From positions 12,698 through 76,697 of the forward strand of contig CAZOOV010000007.1 of assembly GCA_964581515.1 (NCBI GenBank): 64,000 nucleotides of DNA, in the 5' to 3' direction. The position numbers were made by a program, and so were the translations under genes. The notes beneath the pieces are model-generated. The model was given only the letters and a program-made list of their open reading frames with translations. It was not told the origin of the DNA and ran no database searches. Origin of the DNA: an uncultured Methanosarcinales archaeon. Lineage in GTDB: Archaea > Nanobdellota > Nanobdellia > Woesearchaeales > JACJVV01. Shown one piece after another: positions 60,620-64,000 of this stretch; position 1 is the first letter of the stretch, and every line of letters starts with the position of its first letter.

Positions 60620-61486
60620 ATGCCTATAGAGCCATAGAATCAGATTATAATGGACAACAAGTCCCGTGTCAGTTTTTCTCACCATATCTTTTAATCCATT
60701 TGGAGAAATCTTTTCGTCTTTTTCTTTGCCTATCTCAAGCCATAGACTTCTGCACACCTTAAACTCTTTTTTTAGATAACTTTTGTAGATTAGTTCAGTC
60801 ATATCAGTAAGTTTAGTCATAAACTTTGAATAAGAGGGTTTTTTAGATGAGATATACTGTGCAGTTGTAAGAAGTTCAGCAGAAATTTTCTCAAGTATAG
60901 TTACAAGATCATAATAATCATAAGATTTGTCTCCTCCATACCTTGTTGCATGGATTGATCTTAAACAATGATCGCGCATCTTACGCATGTTTATGTTGAC
61001 AAGAGCATCCATATCTGCAAGATTTGCCTTGTCCCAATTATCATCTATATCAGTTACAATCAAATTAATTGTCTGAAGCATTTTTATTATAAGATTCTCT
61101 ATCTCTTTTTGATCTGTTTGAAGAAATGATTTTATTCTTACTATATTTTCTGAATGATTCACAACTTCTAATCCTGTAAAAGTATTTACAATAGAATTCA
61201 TTGCACTTAAGGAAGGCATTGTTTCAAAATGAAGCATTATATCACTATAGCCTGCCTTGTATGCTGAAGAGATGATACTCCTGATATAATCAAGAGTTTC
61301 TACTTTCTTCAGTTTTATCTCTTTTGTCTTTTCAAATGCCTTTTGCGTGCCTGATATGACTAAATTATTATCTTTTAGAGTTATATCTATCTCATCTCCT
61401 GGCTTAATATGGTTCTCTTTGATCCATTTAGCAGGCAAAAATACTGTTGATCCTCCTACTCCTTGCTTGATTATCTTTCGTCTCAT
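60587..61486 (-). CDS. AbrB-PhoU type regulator
   Basis: RKIIKQG...VFLPAKWIK..HIKPGDEI, SAYKAGY, GLEVV, followed by a helical PhoU-like region. Confidence 0.85.
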   Translation of the reverse strand: MRRKIIKQGVGGSTVFLPAKWIKENHIKPGDEIDITLKDNNLVISGTQKAFEKTKEIKLKKVETLDYIRSIISSAYKAGYSDIMLHFETMPSLSAMNSIVNTFTGLEVVNHSENIVRIKSFLQTDQKEIENLIIKMLQTINLIVTDIDDNWDKANLADMDALVNINMRKMRDHCLRSIHATRYGGDKSYDYYDLVTILEKISAELLTTAQYISSKKPSYSKFMTKLTDMTELIYKSYLKKEFKVCRSLWLEIGKEKDEKISPNGLKDMVRKTDTGLVVHYNLILWLYRHLSSRLLSISD

Positions 61487-61537
61487 GATGTGTTCAAGTA
61501 GTGATTTCTTTTGTCATTTATATACTTTTTTATTTTA

Positions 61538-61574
61538 ATATTATTAATATTAATAATATCAGTTTAATATTAAA
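61538..61574. promoter_or_regulatory. Candidate operator palindromes between divergent genes
   Basis: Perfect 22-bp palindrome ATATTATTAATATTAATAATAT (61538-61559) and TTTAATATTAAA (61563-61574). Both contain TTAATATTAA. Confidence 0.55.
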
Positions 61575-61623
61575 TTGACTTTGATTTTATCACTCCATAA
61601 TAATCAATTTGGAGGACGATAAA

Positions 61624-62193
61624 ATGAGTGAATCAATGATATATAAAGCTTTGAAAGGTGCTTTAGCAGAACTTGAAGCTGAAGATCTTGAAGTAAGAGT
61701 ACAAGAAGGTACATTAGCTTCAGATTTGCATACATTCTACAACAATGTAGGGCTTAGTGAAGGGTGGTTAAAGCCAGAATATGCAACACCATTATCTGAA
61801 CAAGACGCAGTTAATCAAGTAAAGAATATTGATGCTGCAAAAGATGTAATCAAATATTGGGTAGGTGCAATTGAGACAGGAGAACTTAGTGGAGACGCTG
61901 TTCTTGAAGCAATGAGCACTGCTGTTGCATATGAAGATAACAGAGGATATTCACATCTTGAAGCTGCTGCAGATTCACAGCATGAAGCTTGGAAATCTTT
62001 CGTTGGTGCAAATCAAGCAGAAAGAGTTACACCAGGACATGAAAAGTTCAGGCAAGACAACTATGACCAGTTCACTAAAGGCTATGGTGATTTGAGCCCT
62101 AAGGAAATGGATCAAGACAGATTAGTTGTTGCAGTTATCACTGACAGAGTCCTAGAAAAAGCAGAAATCAGCTATGTTCGACAGATCGAATAA
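61624..62193 (+). CDS. Putative stand-alone RyR-repeat domain protein
   Basis: LASDLHTFY...GW...PLSE...NIDAA and AADSQHEAW...YGDLSPKEMDQDR match the two halves of an RyR tandem repeat by eye. SD GGAGG. Confidence 0.55.
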   Translation: MSESMIYKALKGALAELEAEDLEVRVQEGTLASDLHTFYNNVGLSEGWLKPEYATPLSEQDAVNQVKNIDAAKDVIKYWVGAIETGELSGDAVLEAMSTAVAYEDNRGYSHLEAAADSQHEAWKSFVGANQAERVTPGHEKFRQDNYDQFTKGYGDLSPKEMDQDRLVVAVITDRVLEKAEISYVRQIE

Positions 62194-62291
62194 GCTTTTT
62201 TTATTTTTTTCTTTTTAATATTATTCTAATTTCTTTAAATCTGGTTTTTATGTCCTATAAATTTAAATATCTATAATCATTCTTGTTTATT

Positions 62292-62795
62292 ATGACAAAT
62301 ACATCAGATGTCAAAAAAGAAACAAAAGAAGAAAGGGTTGCTGGAGTAGGTGTATTAGTAGCAAACTCAGATAAGGTAATGTTCTATTTACAAAGAAAAG
62401 ATAATGAATATCCTATTCAGGAGTATAGAGGTAAGTTCTCTTTCTGGGGTGGAGGAGTAAGACCTGATGAGAGCGTACTTCAAGCGCAAAAAAGAGAATT
62501 ATGGGAAGAACTTCGACCTTACGCTGCTAAGACAATCAGCGATTGCATGGTCAAAGTGGGCGATTATGATATGCAACCAGAAGGTACATTCACATTATAT
62601 GAAGCAGTGCTTAGTGATGATAATTTTAGAATGATTTCACAGTTATCAGTGAATGAAGGTATAGGACTTGTTGTACCAAGACATGATATACTGAAAATGG
62701 AATTTGTCTATGGACTTGAAGAGGTCATGAGACAATATATTGAAGCTGAAGACAAGGCAATCAGGCAAAGAGAGCCTGGAATGAGCATATTGTGA
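62292..62795 (+). CDS. NUDIX hydrolase
   Basis: LQRKD..YP.....GKFSFWGGG...ESVLQAQKRELWEEL; NEG. Confidence 0.88.
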   Translation: MTNTSDVKKETKEERVAGVGVLVANSDKVMFYLQRKDNEYPIQEYRGKFSFWGGGVRPDESVLQAQKRELWEELRPYAAKTISDCMVKVGDYDMQPEGTFTLYEAVLSDDNFRMISQLSVNEGIGLVVPRHDILKMEFVYGLEEVMRQYIEAEDKAIRQREPGMSIL

Positions 62796-62914
62796 GATAA
62801 TTCTAATATATTGGATTTTATGTGGATTCTAGGAAGATTATAGGTGGATTTTATATTCACATTGTTACTACTTATGCATAAATATTTATAAAGGCAGTTC
62901 TGATTTGGTTTAAT

Positions 62915-64000
62915 ATGGCAACTAAGAATAGTAGTAAGAAGACAACAAAGAAAACAACTAAAAAAAAGACAGCTAAGAAAAAGCCAACTACACCAAAAGT
63001 TGCTGATTCTCTTGATGATACAATAAGCATATGTGAATTTACTGCTGCTGAAGATGTTGCAGGTTCTAAATTACTCCTTAAAACAGGAGGATTATTTGAT
63101 CTTATTGATGTAGGTTATGATTATGAAAGCAGACATGATGATGATCCACTACCTATACCAAAAGAAGTATTATCTCAATTGGATAATATTGTATTTACAC
63201 ATGCACATGCAGACCACATAGGTGACATTCTAAAATTGTATAAAGAGTTAACACAAGAACAAAGAGGAGATGTCCAAATATATTCTACTTATCAAACTGC
63301 AGCAATCGCTAAACTACAGATAAATCAGTCTGCAACTTCACATATGATCCATAATAGGATGGTCAAAGGGAAAAAATACAAAGCAGGACCAAATAAAGGC
63401 AAATGGATCCCTTTCAAGAAAGGAAAATATACATATAAAGATTTTAAGGCTGTCATGAGAATGTTTGATACAGATGTTACGCCAAAAGTAGGCTTTCCTT
63501 ATGAACAAACAATACCTTTAAATGACAAGATAGATATAACATTCTATGAAGCAGGACATATACCTGGAAGTTCACAGATCCTTTTTGAGATAAAAAGAGA
63601 AGGCAAAGAACCGTTAGTACTGCTTACTTCTTATGACCTTGGAAGAACAGACTACAAGATACTTGGACATCCTATCTCAGATATACCTATTGTAAAATAT
63701 CCTGCAACAAAGATGAAAGCAAAACCGACTGTAATAGTCGTTGAAGCCACATATGGTGATAAAGTGCACGGAAGTCTTGAAGATTCTATTGCAATACTTG
63801 AGGACGCTGCAAAATGGGTGGCAAAAAGAGAAGGGAAATTAATCATACCAGCATTCAGTGTCATGAGAACACATATGCTTTGGAATTTCTTATATCGGCT
63901 TGACAAAGAAGATAGATTACCAAAAGACATGACTTTCTATTCAAGCAGTCCTACAGCAAACAAAGTAGGAAGAATAATAATGCGAAACATGCAAGATTTA
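62915..64000 (+). CDS. Metallo-beta-lactamase beta-CASP ribonuclease, 3'-partial (not in the ORF track)
   Basis: Translated by hand: LIDVG, THAHADHIG, AGHIPGS, YDLG, EATYG, IPAFSVMR; Lys/Thr-rich N-terminus. Confidence 0.92.
   Translation, partial: MATKNSSKKTTKKTTKKKTAKKKPTTPKVADSLDDTISICEFTAAEDVAGSKLLLKTGGLFDLIDVGYDYESRHDDDPLPIPKEVLSQLDNIVFTHAHADHIGDILKLYKELTQEQRGDVQIYSTYQTAAIAKLQINQSATSHMIHNRMVKGKKYKAGPNKGKWIPFKKGKYTYKDFKAVMRMFDTDVTPKVGFPYEQTIPLNDKIDITFYEAGHIPGSSQILFEIKREGKEPLVLLTSYDLGRTDYKILGHPISDIPIVKYPATKMKAKPTVIVVEATYGDKVHGSLEDSIAILEDAAKWVAKREGKLIIPAFSVMRTHMLWNFLYRLDKEDRLPKDMTFYSSSPTANKVGRIIMRNMQDL

Noticed and set aside
63652..63930. 92-aa minus-strand ORF
   Set aside because: It is antisense to the beta-CASP nuclease that runs off the window end.

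Overview
This is an AT-rich archaeal chromosomal segment, most likely DPANN (Woesearchaeota-like). That placement is inferred from ribosomal protein eS1/S3Ae, class III signal-peptide pilins, BRE/TATA promoters with short leaders, and bacterial-type gyrB and fused PFOR. From left to right it holds: two Cys-rich pilin-like adhesins; gyrB; a four-gene group 3b [NiFe] hydrogenase operon with a sparse local maturation set (protease, hypA, hypC, a HypC-tailed DUF6390-like gene, an EamA transporter); nucleotide salvage genes; two glycogen-degrading enzymes; a Lrp-flanked cluster of two radical SAM/SPASM enzymes, a dTMP-kinase-like protein and a TIM-barrel/kinase fusion; a bacterial-type PilB/GspE ATPase; an Ig-repeat surface protein and three coiled-coil paralogs; a 48-bp hairpin array in front of an HTH regulator and PFOR; and a nucleotide-centred locus (NUDIX, TRPM-like SLOG, APH-like kinase, AbrB-PhoU regulator, RyR-repeat protein, second NUDIX). 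I found no rRNA, tRNA, CRISPR array or transposase. At least three genes are interrupted, two by an in-frame TAA and one by a 1-nt deletion; these could be real lesions, recoding or assembly errors. All calls come from reading motifs by eye; no searches were run.
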